Part shown: positions 8,543-19,362 of the stretch, piece by piece
Position numbering within the stretch: the first letter of the stretch is position 1
Layout: each line of letters starts with the position of its first letter
Assembly (NCBI GenBank): GCA_033042175.1
Contig: WCIL01000038.1
Location: 19,226 to 83,225 of the forward strand
DNA from: Phycisphaera sp. RhM
GTDB lineage: Bacteria; Planctomycetota; Planctomycetia; Pirellulales; Pirellulaceae
DNA length: 64,000 bases
Reading direction: 5' to 3'
Notes under the pieces: generated by a model
The model's input: only the letters and a program-made list of their open reading frames with translations
What the model was told of the DNA's origin: nothing
Databases searched by the model: none
Translations under genes and position numbers: made by a program

Positions 8543-9907
8543 CTACCTCCGAATCGAGACGCTGCGGGCGTGGGCGGTCAGGCCTTCTTTTTCGGCCAGG
8601 CGTTCGACGTCGGGGGCGATCTGGTTCATCGCCGATTCGTCGAACTCGGTGATGCTGCCGCTGCGGAGGAAGCTGTTGCTGCACAGTCCGGCGGCCCAGG
8701 TGCAAGTGCCCCCGGTCGGCAACACGTGGCTGGGGCCGGCGGCATAGTCGCCCAGCGCGACCGGCGTGTGGTGCCCCAGGAAGGCGGCGCCGCTGTTGTT
8801 GATTTTGGCGATCTGGTCGCGCGGGTTGGCCGTTTGGATGTGCAGGTGTTCGGGGGCGAAGGAATCGGTCAGTTCACAGGCTTGGGCTTCGTCGCGGACC
8901 AGGATCAGCGCACCGAAGGCTTCCAAGCTGTCCAGCGTCAACTCGGCTCGCTCGAGCAGCGCGAGTTGTTTGGCGACCTGTTGGCTGACCGCGTCGATCA
9001 ATGACTCGTCCCACGTGATCAGAATCGCGCTGCCGGGTGAATGTTCGGCCTGGGCCAACAGATCGGCGGCAATGAAATCGGGGCGTGCGGTATGATCGCC
9101 GATCACGATGACTTCGCTGGGGCCGGCGAAGGAATCGATGTCGACGGTGCCGTAAACGTGTTTCTTGGCCAATGCGACGAACAGGTTACCCGGGCCGACG
9201 ATCTTGTTGACCGCCGGGACGACGTCGGTGCCGTAGGCCAGCGCCGCGACGGCTTGGGCGCCGCCCATGCGATACACCTCGGTCACGCCGAGTTCATGGC
9301 ACGTCGCCAGCATGTCTTGGTTGTACGCGCCGAACGGTGTCGGCGGTGCGACCACGGCGATCTCTCGGACGCCGGCGACTTGGGCCGGGACCACCGTCAT
9401 CAAAACGGTCGACGGATAGGCCGCCGCGCCGCCGGGGACGCAAACACCGACGCGACGCAGCGGCACGTAACGCTGCGTCAGTGTGACACCCGGTTTGGGC
9501 TCGATCGTGACGTCGCGATGCAGAATCGCTTGCTGAAAGGTCGCCACGTTGTCACGAATGCGTCGAATCGAACCGATCAATTCCGGATCGGCCGCGGCAT
9601 GTGCGGCGGCCAAGTCCTCCGCGGGAACACGGAGCTGGTTGGCGGTCAGGTCGGCCTTGTCGAGCTGTTGATTGAATTTCAGCAGCGCCTCGGTCCCGTC
9701 CCGTTGAACCTCCGCACAAATTCGCTGGACCACTTCGACGGGAGTCAGTGGGGCGCCGAAGACCTCTTCGGTCAACGCCCGTCCGCGGGGGGAAACGACG
9801 TCGCCTTGGGGGCTGAGCTTGTCGCGGAGCTGTTGCAGGATTTCGGCAGACCCGACGCGTGCGTCGACGCGTTGCAGGTTCAACGTGGGGATTTCGGGAG
9901 CGGACAT
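8543..9907 (-). CDS. hisD: histidinol dehydrogenase
   Basis: The internal Met (CAT at 9905-9907) gives 'MSAPEIPTLNLQRV'. 'LLAQAEHSPGS' and 'LGDYAAGPSHVLPTGG' are present. The first 150 aa of the listed 604-aa ORF are compositionally non-protein-like. Confidence 0.95.
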   Translation of the reverse strand: MSAPEIPTLNLQRVDARVGSAEILQQLRDKLSPQGDVVSPRGRALTEEVFGAPLTPVEVVQRICAEVQRDGTEALLKFNQQLDKADLTANQLRVPAEDLAAAHAAADPELIGSIRRIRDNVATFQQAILHRDVTIEPKPGVTLTQRYVPLRRVGVCVPGGAAAYPSTVLMTVVPAQVAGVREIAVVAPPTPFGAYNQDMLATCHELGVTEVYRMGGAQAVAALAYGTDVVPAVNKIVGPGNLFVALAKKHVYGTVDIDSFAGPSEVIVIGDHTARPDFIAADLLAQAEHSPGSAILITWDESLIDAVSQQVAKQLALLERAELTLDSLEAFGALILVRDEAQACELTDSFAPEHLHIQTANPRDQIAKINNSGAAFLGHHTPVALGDYAAGPSHVLPTGGTCTWAAGLCSNSFLRSGSITEFDESAMNQIAPDVERLAEKEGLTAHARSVSIRR

Positions 9908-10148
9908 CGCGATTTTCTTTCGACTCGTTGGAAGGCCCAAAACGGTTGGGAAATGCCTCTCGGAGCAGACCTTTCGGGGGGGGTGGCGGCCGAGGGGGCA
10001 TGGCGATTCGGGCAGAGTCCCTATGATAGCGCCGATGCCCAATCGTAGCCATGTGGCGGAAAGACACGACACGGCGCGGATTGGTGCGGTGCGGGGGGCG
10101 AGCACGCGAGCGGGCGTCCGGGCCGGAAAAAGATGTGAATCGATACGG

Positions 10149-11804
10149 ATGAATGATTTAATGGAGACACGTGCGGCAGCGATCGGCGGGCGGGCGACGT
10201 TGTTGTTGGCCGTCGTCGTCGTGGTGTCGCTGTCGCTGGCGTTCCGGTTGCCCTCGTGCCAGGAGAGTTTCTGGCTCGACGAACTGCATTCGGCGTGGGT
10301 GGTCGCGGACGGGTTTTCCGACGTCGCACCGCGGGCGGCCGCCGGGAACCAAACCACCGGCTACTTTCACCTCTTGTGGATCTGGTCGGCCCTGGTCGGG
10401 GCCGGCGAATTGCCGATGCGGCTCAGCAGCGTGCTGGCCAGTGCGTTGGCGTCGGCGTTGCTGGTCGTGGGAGTCGCCCGGCGGACCGGAAACGTCTCCG
10501 CCGGGTTGGTCGCCGGGGGAGTGCTGGCGATCGATCCCAACGGGGTGTTTTTTGGATGCGAGCTGAGGGCCTACGCCTTCGTCATGCTGTACGCCGTGCT
10601 GGCCGTCTGGTCGATGATGACGTGGTTGGGAAAGGCCCCGGCTACGCACAGTTACGGCGGTGCGCGGTGGCGATTGGCGATGCTGTTTTGGATTTGTGTC
10701 GCCGCCCTTGTTCACCCGACGTCGCTGGGGGTGTTGTCGTTGCTGGTCCCCTGTGCGTTGTGGGTTGCATGGAAACGTGGGCGATTGCGTTGGTGGCGGG
10801 CCGATGTGATTGCGGGCGTCGTCGCGGTGGCAACCCTTGCCGCGCTCGCGATGTCGTCGCTGCCGGATTCATGGCAGCGGCGTCAGTTATGGAAAGCATT
10901 CGGGCAGGCGACGTCTTGGTGGCAGCTCTGGTACGCCTGGGCGTGGGTACCGATTGTGCTGTTGCCCCTTGGCGCCGCGCTCGGCATGTGGGTGGCAAGC
11001 CGTCTGGTGAAGTGGTTTCGGTCTGGTTCGGTCGAGGTGGACGGGCAGCAGGCTGATCGTGTGGATTGGATCGGAGTGATCCCCGGTTGGGTTGCCGCGA
11101 CGGGAACGACGCTGTTCTTTTGCGCGTCGTATTTTGAGTGGGTGCCGCTGTGGCATCGCCGCTACTACGTCGCCGCGTTGCCGTTGTTGGCTTGGACCGC
11201 CGGTGAGATGGTCGCGATCTTTGGTTCCGAATTGGTTCGCATCGCGCGCGGATTCTCTAGCACGCGTGCGGATGGCAAATTGTCGCCGTGGTTACGCCGG
11301 GGATGCGGAATCGCGGCCGTGGTTTTGTTTCTCGGGTTTGCGCTTTGGTACCAGGGCACGTTGCGATCGTTGGCCGCCGGTCGCTGGCCGGTTCAGCTGC
11401 GCGGTGAGCAATGGCGTGATGCGGTGGAGGCGGTTCGTGGCGAGATCGGCGAAGGCGACGTGGTCTGGTTGGACAGCCAGCTGATTGAAGCGAGTTTTCT
11501 TCGCCGGCCGATCTCCGAGGCCGGCTCGGTCAGCGAGGACCAGTGGGACTACCTGGCGTTTCCGCTCCGCGGGCCGTACGCACTCGATCCCGTGGCGGTC
11601 GTCGGCGCGCTGGAGCACGAAAGTTGGGTCCGGCATCATGTGGAAAACCTGCCGCAGCCCCAAGCGAGGGTCTGGTTGGTCTCGCGATCGGGCGAGCCGT
11701 CGACCAGGCGATTCATCGACCGGTTGGAACGTTTTCGGCCCGTTTCGGCGGTCAAAACGTTTCCCGGTCGGCCGGTGGTGTTTCGATTGGATTTCGGCGA
11801 GTGA
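10149..11804 (+). CDS. polytopic GT-C type glycosyltransferase-like membrane protein (GT39/ArnT/PMT-like) with a soluble C-terminal domain
   Basis: The ATG at 10149 gives 'MNDLMETRAAAIGGRATLLLAVVVVVSL'. The first-loop acidic motif 'SFWLDELHSAWVV' is present, followed by about 10 hydrophobic segments. The family assignment is by pattern only. Confidence 0.55.
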   Translation: MNDLMETRAAAIGGRATLLLAVVVVVSLSLAFRLPSCQESFWLDELHSAWVVADGFSDVAPRAAAGNQTTGYFHLLWIWSALVGAGELPMRLSSVLASALASALLVVGVARRTGNVSAGLVAGGVLAIDPNGVFFGCELRAYAFVMLYAVLAVWSMMTWLGKAPATHSYGGARWRLAMLFWICVAALVHPTSLGVLSLLVPCALWVAWKRGRLRWWRADVIAGVVAVATLAALAMSSLPDSWQRRQLWKAFGQATSWWQLWYAWAWVPIVLLPLGAALGMWVASRLVKWFRSGSVEVDGQQADRVDWIGVIPGWVAATGTTLFFCASYFEWVPLWHRRYYVAALPLLAWTAGEMVAIFGSELVRIARGFSSTRADGKLSPWLRRGCGIAAVVLFLGFALWYQGTLRSLAAGRWPVQLRGEQWRDAVEAVRGEIGEGDVVWLDSQLIEASFLRRPISEAGSVSEDQWDYLAFPLRGPYALDPVAVVGALEHESWVRHHVENLPQPQARVWLVSRSGEPSTRRFIDRLERFRPVSAVKTFPGRPVVFRLDFGE

Positions 11805-11890
11805 GTGAATTGATTTGCGGTCATGCGGTTGATGGCGCAGACTACAAGGTCTGCCGCCGCTCGGGGCTGGGCAGATTCGTAGGGTTCAAT

Positions 11891-12044
11891 GTTGGTGTCC
11901 AGGCTTTCGCCGCACCGTCTCGCTGCTCCGCAGCGAGCGGGGAGCGCCTGGAGGCTGGACGGCAGCGAAGCCTGAAGGCTAACAGGGGAGCGCCTAAAGG
12001 CTGGACACCAACGAAGCCTGAAGGCTGGGCAGCAACGAAGCCTG
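11891..12044. repeat. REP-like palindromic element plus about 2.3 tandem copies of a 46-bp right-arm unit
   Basis: 'gttggtgtccaggctttcgccgc...ctcgctgctccgcagcgag...' is followed by 'ggggagcgcctggaggctggacggcagcgaagcctgaaggct' and 'ggggagcgcctaaaggctggacaccaacgaagcctgaaggct'. A sister copy lies at 52252-52327. Confidence 0.85.
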
Positions 12045-12087
12045 TTTCCGTCATTGTTCGCCACCTCATTGCAATCTCAAACAACTG

Positions 12088-13464
12088 ATGAAATCGTCGT
12101 TCATTGCCGCTTGGATCGTCGCGTGGGGGATCGGTACGGTGTGCCAGTTTCCGGCGAGCGTCGTTGCCGCTGATTCGGAGGCGGCCGCGCGGGGGTATCG
12201 GTTTTTGACCGAGACGGCGGTGCTGCCGAGTGATTTCCGTCAATCGACGTTTGACGCCTTGTGGACGGTTTGGCCCGAGCCGCTGCGCGGCGAAGCGGAG
12301 AAAGCGTCGCTGCAGCAGCGTCGTGAGATGGCATTTGAGCGGTACGGATTGACGACTCGTCGGGGCGATGATTCGGGCAAACCGCTTCAGTATGTCGTCG
12401 ACTCCGACGGCGACTGGACGATGAACTGTTTCTCCTGTCACGGTGGGACCGTTTATGGCAAACCCACGCCTGGGGCACCCAACAACCGTTTCGCGCTGCA
12501 AACGCTGACGGAGGAAATTGGTAAGGCGAAACTCGGTTTGGGGTTGTTGCCCGGACGCATGGAACTCGGCGCGATGTTCATTCCGCTGGGGACGACCAAT
12601 GGGACGACCAACGCGGTCGTGTTCGGGATGGGATTGATGAACGGTCGCGACGAGCAGTTGAATCTGGTCGTCCGGCGACCGAGGTTTTTTACGCACCACG
12701 ACATGGATGCACCGCCGTGGTGGCACTTCCACAAGCGGCCCAACATTTACATCGACGGTTTTGCCGCCAAGGGACATCGCGGGCTGATGCAGTTCACACT
12801 CGTGCCCGAGAACGGCCCCGATTTTTATCGCGAGCACGAGAAGGATTTTGAAGACGTGTTCGCCTACTTGAGTTCGCTGCGGGCACCGGTTTATGAAGGA
12901 TCGGTGGATCGGGAATTGGCGGGGCAGGGCAGGGCGGTCTTTCGGGCCCATTGTGCCGAGTGCCACGGAACCTACGGCGGCGAGTCCCATTATCCCAATC
13001 GCCGCGTGCCGATTGACGAGATCGGCACCGACCCCGTCCGATTGAACGCGTTGACCGTCGAAGGCCGCCGGAAATATGCCCGCAGTTGGTTTGCTCATGC
13101 CGGCGAGCCTGATCAGCAGGAAACGGTGATCGATCCCGACGGCTACGTCGCACCGCCGTTGGACGGCGTTTGGGCCAGTGCGCCGTATTTTCACAACGGA
13201 AGCGTGCCGACGTTATGGGATGTTTTGAATCCCCTGCAGCGGCCGACGGTTTGGCGACCCACCTCGACCGAGATCGACCCGCAGAAGATCGGGTTGACGG
13301 TGGAGCTGGTCGACGGGGTGCCCGAGGGCGAAACCGATGTGGCCGTCAAACGCAGTTATTTCGACACCAGAAAATTCGGCAAGAGCAACCGCGGGCACGA
13401 CTTTCCCGATGCCCTCACCGAGTCGGAAAAGCGGCAGGTGCTCGAGTATCTGAAAACGCTGTAG
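12088..13464 (+). CDS. secreted di-haem c-type cytochrome-domain protein
   Basis: It has an N-terminal signal-like segment 'MKSSFIAAWIVAWGIGTVCQFPASVVAA' and two CXXCH motifs, 'CFSCHGG' and 'CAECHG'. The antisense ORF 11842-13194 is Arg-rich and was rejected. Confidence 0.8.
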   Translation: MKSSFIAAWIVAWGIGTVCQFPASVVAADSEAAARGYRFLTETAVLPSDFRQSTFDALWTVWPEPLRGEAEKASLQQRREMAFERYGLTTRRGDDSGKPLQYVVDSDGDWTMNCFSCHGGTVYGKPTPGAPNNRFALQTLTEEIGKAKLGLGLLPGRMELGAMFIPLGTTNGTTNAVVFGMGLMNGRDEQLNLVVRRPRFFTHHDMDAPPWWHFHKRPNIYIDGFAAKGHRGLMQFTLVPENGPDFYREHEKDFEDVFAYLSSLRAPVYEGSVDRELAGQGRAVFRAHCAECHGTYGGESHYPNRRVPIDEIGTDPVRLNALTVEGRRKYARSWFAHAGEPDQQETVIDPDGYVAPPLDGVWASAPYFHNGSVPTLWDVLNPLQRPTVWRPTSTEIDPQKIGLTVELVDGVPEGETDVAVKRSYFDTRKFGKSNRGHDFPDALTESEKRQVLEYLKTL

Positions 13465-13473
13465 CGGCGGAAA

Positions 13474-13496
13474 CGCAAGCTGGAAGCTTACGCCAC
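13474..13496. repeat. dispersed 23-mer CGCAAGCTGGAAGCTTACGCCAC
   Basis: It matches the three tandem copies at 29275-29352 (identical to two, one mismatch to the first) and lies 10 nt after the cytochrome gene stop. Confidence 0.9.
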
Positions 13497-13532
13497 GGGG
13501 GATCTACTCCGATTCGTGGTTCGGGCGTATAA

Positions 13533-15295
<1,763 letters not shown>

Positions 15296-15431
15296 AATGT
15301 TTTGTCGGGCATGCTGTGCATACGAGTGCTCCGGCTACATTCGATCTTGACGAAACACTCCAGCAATTTCACCGGGCGAACGATCGAAAAAAATACCCAC
15401 TATTCCGCTGCATCCGGCTTGTTCTGCCGCG

Positions 15432-16748
15432 CTAACCGTTCGGTTGGTCGTCGGGTTTTGATCCGATCAGGATGCCGGTGCCGCGCAGCTTCCACAAGAA
15501 GAACAGCGCCCCGGCCAGCATCAGGCCGCTGGAGACGTAGAACATGCGTTGGGGGCGAGTGTTGAAGGCCGGCGTCGACATGACGACCCAGTACAGGAGT
15601 CCGGCGACGGTCATGAAGGCGAAGGAGACGGCGTTGGCGGTCCCCAGGAATTGGCCGCGTTCATCATCCGGCGAAAGTTTTTGCAGCAGCGCCTGCAGCG
15701 GGATGATGTAAAACCCGGCGAAGAAGCCGGCAAAGAAGATGAAGAATGCGACGTTGCTAAGTGCGACGCGGATCATCGGTCGCATGTCGGGCATCCAGGG
15801 TGGGACGGCGGCCAGCAAGAAAAAGAAAATCACCAGGCCTGCGGCGCCGATCGTGGTCAGTCGGGGTTCGATTCGGTCGCCGGAGATAAATCCGGCGGTG
15901 GCACAGCCCAGGCCGATCGCAATGCCCAGCACGCCCATCAGGACGCTGGCTTCATCGTCGCCCACGCTGAGTACCTCGGGGTAGCGAAACAATGTCGACA
16001 GGGCCAGCCCGGCGAGCAGGTAAAAGTAGCCCCAGGCCATCATCACGGTCAGCAACCGTGTGCGGCCCATCTTCTTGATCGTTTCCACGTAGATCACAAA
16101 CGGGTTGTAATTGATGTCCAGATCGCGCTTGCCGGGCTGCAGGCGGGTGATCAGCAAGCTGGCGAGGAATCCAAACAGCGCCGTGGCGACAAACAACACG
16201 CCGGGCAGCCAAGCCGCCCGCGCTACGTCTTCGCTGCCGTGGTAGCGGACGCTGGCCGAGCCGGCGATCACGGTTCCAAGGATCACGGCGATGTTGGTCA
16301 TCATGTTGATCGAGCCATTGGCGCGGCTGAGATTTTTGTCGCTGACCAACTCGGGGATCATGCCGTACTTTGCCGGGCCGAAGAACGAGCTTTGGCACGT
16401 CAGCGCCACCAACGCCAGCAGCGTCAGGTAGAGATTTTCGAAGTAGAACCCGATGCCCGCGAGCAAAGCGATGGGGATCTCGGCGATCTTGACCCACAGC
16501 GTCACCGTGCGTTTGGAATAGCGGTCGGCGATCTGCCCGGCGAATCCCGACAGCAGCAAAAACGGCAGCGTAAAACAGACGCTCACGATGCCTTCACCGC
16601 CGTCGCCAAGCCGGCCTTCCCAAACGCCGCGCACGACGGCGAATGCCAAGATGACTTTCAACAGGTTGTCATTCATCGCTCCAAAGAACTGCGCCACCAT
16701 CAAGCCCAGGAAACCGGCATTGAACAGCTTGGGAGAGGGTTCTTTCAC
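15432..16748 (-). CDS. MFS transporter (LplT-like)
   Basis: It has 12 hydrophobic segments. The N-terminus is 'FNAGFLGLMVAQFFGAMNDNLLK', and 'GQIADRYSKR' is an MFS loop 2-3 motif. Confidence 0.85.
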   Translation of the reverse strand: MKEPSPKLFNAGFLGLMVAQFFGAMNDNLLKVILAFAVVRGVWEGRLGDGGEGIVSVCFTLPFLLLSGFAGQIADRYSKRTVTLWVKIAEIPIALLAGIGFYFENLYLTLLALVALTCQSSFFGPAKYGMIPELVSDKNLSRANGSINMMTNIAVILGTVIAGSASVRYHGSEDVARAAWLPGVLFVATALFGFLASLLITRLQPGKRDLDINYNPFVIYVETIKKMGRTRLLTVMMAWGYFYLLAGLALSTLFRYPEVLSVGDDEASVLMGVLGIAIGLGCATAGFISGDRIEPRLTTIGAAGLVIFFFLLAAVPPWMPDMRPMIRVALSNVAFFIFFAGFFAGFYIIPLQALLQKLSPDDERGQFLGTANAVSFAFMTVAGLLYWVVMSTPAFNTRPQRMFYVSSGLMLAGALFFLWKLRGTGILIGSKPDDQPNG

Positions 16749-16852
16749 GGCTGGTGTTCAACGGGGTTGGGCGATGCGGCGGGGTTGGGCGATGCGGCGT
16801 CGCCAGATTCTAGCATCCGACCGATGTCACGATCAGACCGGTTCGGGCATGC

Positions 16853-17050
16853 CGCTGGCGCGTCCCGGCGGGGGTGCCGCCTTTCAGCACGTGGCGTGAG
16901 CCAGTGGCGCGAGTTGGCTGTGGTTTGATCGCGCGCCGGTCGCTGGCGCGTCCCGCTGGGGTGACGCATTCCAGCACGTGGCGTGAGCCAGTGGCGCGAG
17001 TTGGCTGTGGTTTGATCGCGCGCCGGACGCTGACGCGTCCCGCTGGGGTG
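16853..17050. repeat. 87-bp tandem repeat, about 2.2 copies
   Basis: 'agcacgtggcgtgagccagtggcgcgagttggctgtggtttgatcgcgcgccgg' occurs at 16886 and again at 16973. Each unit starts with 'gcgcgtccc(g)gc(t)gggg'. Confidence 0.95.
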
Positions 17051-17065
17051 GTTGGGCTGGCGCAT

Positions 17066-17097
17066 CAAAAACCCTGCCCGCGGTGAGTCGGGCAGGG
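17066..17097 (-). terminator. rho-independent terminator candidate for the DUF1559 gene
   Basis: The stem is ccctgcccg (17072-17080) paired with cgggcaggg (17089-17097), with an 8-nt loop. On the minus strand it is followed by TTTTT (17067-17071). It sits about 40 nt downstream of the stop at 17135. Confidence 0.6.
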
Positions 17098-17134
17098 TGG
17101 ACGGTCAATCGGCTCGTTGGAAGCCGAGTCCGCG

Positions 17135-18379
17135 TTATTGGTTGAGCGACTCCTCGACGACTTCCTTGCCGGAGCGTGTGCCCAGGGCGCCCCACAAACC
17201 GTAAGGGCTTTCCACGCCGGGGCCGGGTTGCGGGGCGTTGGCATTGCCCGATTCCACCGAGTCGGTGATAAAGACGACGGCACCGTCGCCCATCAGGACA
17301 TGGCATCCGCCGGGGTGTCGGCTACTCGGCGGCGCGATCGCTTCGTTTTCGGCGAACGAGTTGGTGCACAGTCCCTTGTTCGGTGGCAGAATGCAATTGA
17401 CTTCGTGGTAGATCGGGCGGGCATCGCACCAGCGAAAGCCTCGGCCTTCTCCAAACCCGGCGGCTCGTGGTTGATCACCCGGGAAATTTCCGGAGATGAC
17501 ACCGTCGGGATCCAGCCAGAACAAAGGGTTTTCCGGGTCGATGAAGTTTTCTTCGCAGTAGTTGGGGTTCAGTGCGATCGTGCCCGAAATCGTGATCGCG
17601 GGGGTCGTTCGCTTGTCGCCGTCTTTCAGGTCGGTGGCGATTTCGCCCATCGCAATGGTGTTGGACAATCCGTCGAGGATATCGCGGAAACGCGTGAATT
17701 CGCGCGGCATGAAGAACCCGCGGTTGAGCTTGCCGTTTTGATCTTCGATCTGATTGTTCGTCGTCAGGTCGGGAAACTTGGGGCCGAAGGTCATGCTGCG
17801 GTTGTCACCGCACTGCGCGCCGTAATTGGAACGCCCCATCGCGGGCCGTCCTTCGCCGGGGTCGCTGGGGCAGCGAAACGCCGGCACGTCGGTCCACCAC
17901 GGGTCGTAACTGTTGCGCGCCGGGTCGGCTCCGGTGCCGGGGGTCGGAGTCGGGCCCATCGGTGGAAAGGTGAAGGCGACCGGGGTGGTGATGGGGAACG
18001 GTTGGCTGATCGATTCCCAGAGTGCTTGTTGCTCCATGTAGGGAGTCAGCGGGACCAGGATGCTGAGCAGTTCGTGGTTGCCGAAGTTGTTGCTTTCCCA
18101 CCAATTGGTCACGCCGCCGGGACCGTTGACCAGCGGCGCGACCGGCGTCGTGCCGCCGTAGTGCATCGGAAGCCGTTGATAGGCGGAATGGTAGTTCTGC
18201 ACCGCCAGGCCGATTTGCTTGAAGTTGTTGCTGCAACTCATCCGTCGGGCCGCTTCACGCGCCGCTTGGACGGCCGGCAGCAGCAGTCCGACAAGGATCC
18301 CGATGATGGCGATTACCACCAGCAGTTCGACCAGCGTAAAGCCGGCACGTGCTGTGTACCTTCGCATTGAAAACTCCAA
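17135..18379 (-). CDS. DUF1559-family protein with an N-terminal type IV pilin-like prepilin signal
   Basis: '[55 protein letters not shown]' is the hallmark planctomycete DUF1559 N-terminus. '[14 protein letters not shown]' lies near the C-terminus. Confidence 0.9.
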   Translation of the reverse strand: MEFSMRRYTARAGFTLVELLVVIAIIGILVGLLLPAVQAAREAARRMSCSNNFKQIGLAVQNYHSAYQRLPMHYGGTTPVAPLVNGPGGVTNWWESNNFGNHELLSILVPLTPYMEQQALWESISQPFPITTPVAFTFPPMGPTPTPGTGADPARNSYDPWWTDVPAFRCPSDPGEGRPAMGRSNYGAQCGDNRSMTFGPKFPDLTTNNQIEDQNGKLNRGFFMPREFTRFRDILDGLSNTIAMGEIATDLKDGDKRTTPAITISGTIALNPNYCEENFIDPENPLFWLDPDGVISGNFPGDQPRAAGFGEGRGFRWCDARPIYHEVNCILPPNKGLCTNSFAENEAIAPPSSRHPGGCHVLMGDGAVVFITDSVESGNANAPQPGPGVESPYGLWGALGTRSGKEVVEESLNQ

Positions 18380-18440
18380 GGTTACCGAGACAAAAGAATA
18401 AGATCTGTATTAGACGAGCAAATGGCTCTCGTCGCTCAAA

Positions 18441-18626
18441 CTAATTTTCCATTTGCTTCGCCATTTCTTGATCGTATTCTGCTTTTTGGGCGTCCGACAT
18501 CGCGTCGTAGCCCGATGCGATCGTGTCGGACTCGGTGGGTTTGTCGATCGTTGCCGATCTGCCGCATCCCGCGATCGCAAACGTACCAAGGATCAAGGAA
18601 AGCAGAAGGATCGCTGATCGCGTCAT
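18441..18626 (-). CDS. small lipoprotein (61 aa), unknown function
   Basis: The internal Met (CAT at 18624-18626) gives 'MTRSAILLLSLILGTFAIAGCG', with lipobox IAGC. It lies directly upstream of the DUF1559 gene on the same strand. Confidence 0.5.
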   Translation of the reverse strand: MTRSAILLLSLILGTFAIAGCGRSATIDKPTESDTIASGYDAMSDAQKAEYDQEMAKQMEN

Positions 18627-18996
18627 GATGTATCCGGAGAGCAGACGAGTCTGGCGAGGTGAATCGTTGCGACGACTGGAAGAAGCAGAATCTGAAAAGT
18701 TCGATCGGAAGAACGTGCCGAACAGTGAGCACAAAGCACAGAATTCCTCAGGTATAGACTACACCTTGCCAAGTGGAGATTCAAGGTTCGGCCAAGGGCG
18801 GTTCAGCAGGGTCACCCGACGGTGTCGCTGTTTCGATACCGGATCAACGAGGGTGATGTCGCCCTCCCTGTGGCGATAAGTGTCTGCACAAGTCCCCCTG
18901 GCTCCCTTCTCCCCCCAGCTGTGGAGTGTCGTGCAGTTTTCACGATTCACCCTCCAGGCAGAAGCGTTCCACGACGCGAGGGGCATCGGCCCTGTT

Positions 18997-19362
18997 TTAC
19001 TTTGAACGGTAGGCTTCGATGGCCTCGGGCAGCGGGTATTGGGTCAGGTCTCGATCGCCGGGCCAGTGATTGATTTCGTGCAGCCGTTGGAAGCCCCGTG
19101 TGACCAATTCGCGGCGCTGGGCGACGAAGTCGGGGTCCAGGTTGGCCAGTCCCATCGGACCATCGACGACCACCGGTTCAAAGCGTGGGTCGTCGATGAA
19201 CTGGGCCAAGATCGGATTGCAGCGGAGGTGGCGTTCGGCGGTCGTGTGCAGGGTTTCGGGGTCGAGTTGGCCGATGACGTAGCGCAAGTACAGGTCGCTG
19301 TCGATGATGGAGGTCACGTCTTGGCCACAGACGTCACATCGATAACCCTCGTCACACTTCAT
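18997..19362 (-). CDS. hypothetical protein with an N-terminal CxxC pair
   Basis: 'MKCDEGYRCDVCGQDV...'. Its ATG (19362-19360) shares one nucleotide with the dapB TAA (19364-19362), giving a TAATG junction. Confidence 0.55.
   Translation of the reverse strand: MKCDEGYRCDVCGQDVTSIIDSDLYLRYVIGQLDPETLHTTAERHLRCNPILAQFIDDPRFEPVVVDGPMGLANLDPDFVAQRRELVTRGFQRLHEINHWPGDRDLTQYPLPEAIEAYRSK

Noticed and set aside
9908-10357. 150-aa N-terminal extension of the listed hisD ORF; similar extensions on hisC (8438-8542), dapB (20166-20372) and hisB (3142-3210)
   Set aside because: The extensions are compositionally odd, overlap repeat-rich intergenic DNA, and precede Met codons that give canonical N-termini. 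I used the internal starts.
11842-13194. 450-aa minus-strand ORF opposite the cytochrome gene
   Set aside because: It has no motifs and is Arg-rich. The plus strand has a signal peptide and two CXXCH haem-binding motifs.
16853-17050. Possible CRISPR array (also considered for 29208-29352 and 11939-12044)
   Set aside because: The repeats are directly abutting tandem units without unique spacers, and no cas genes are present.
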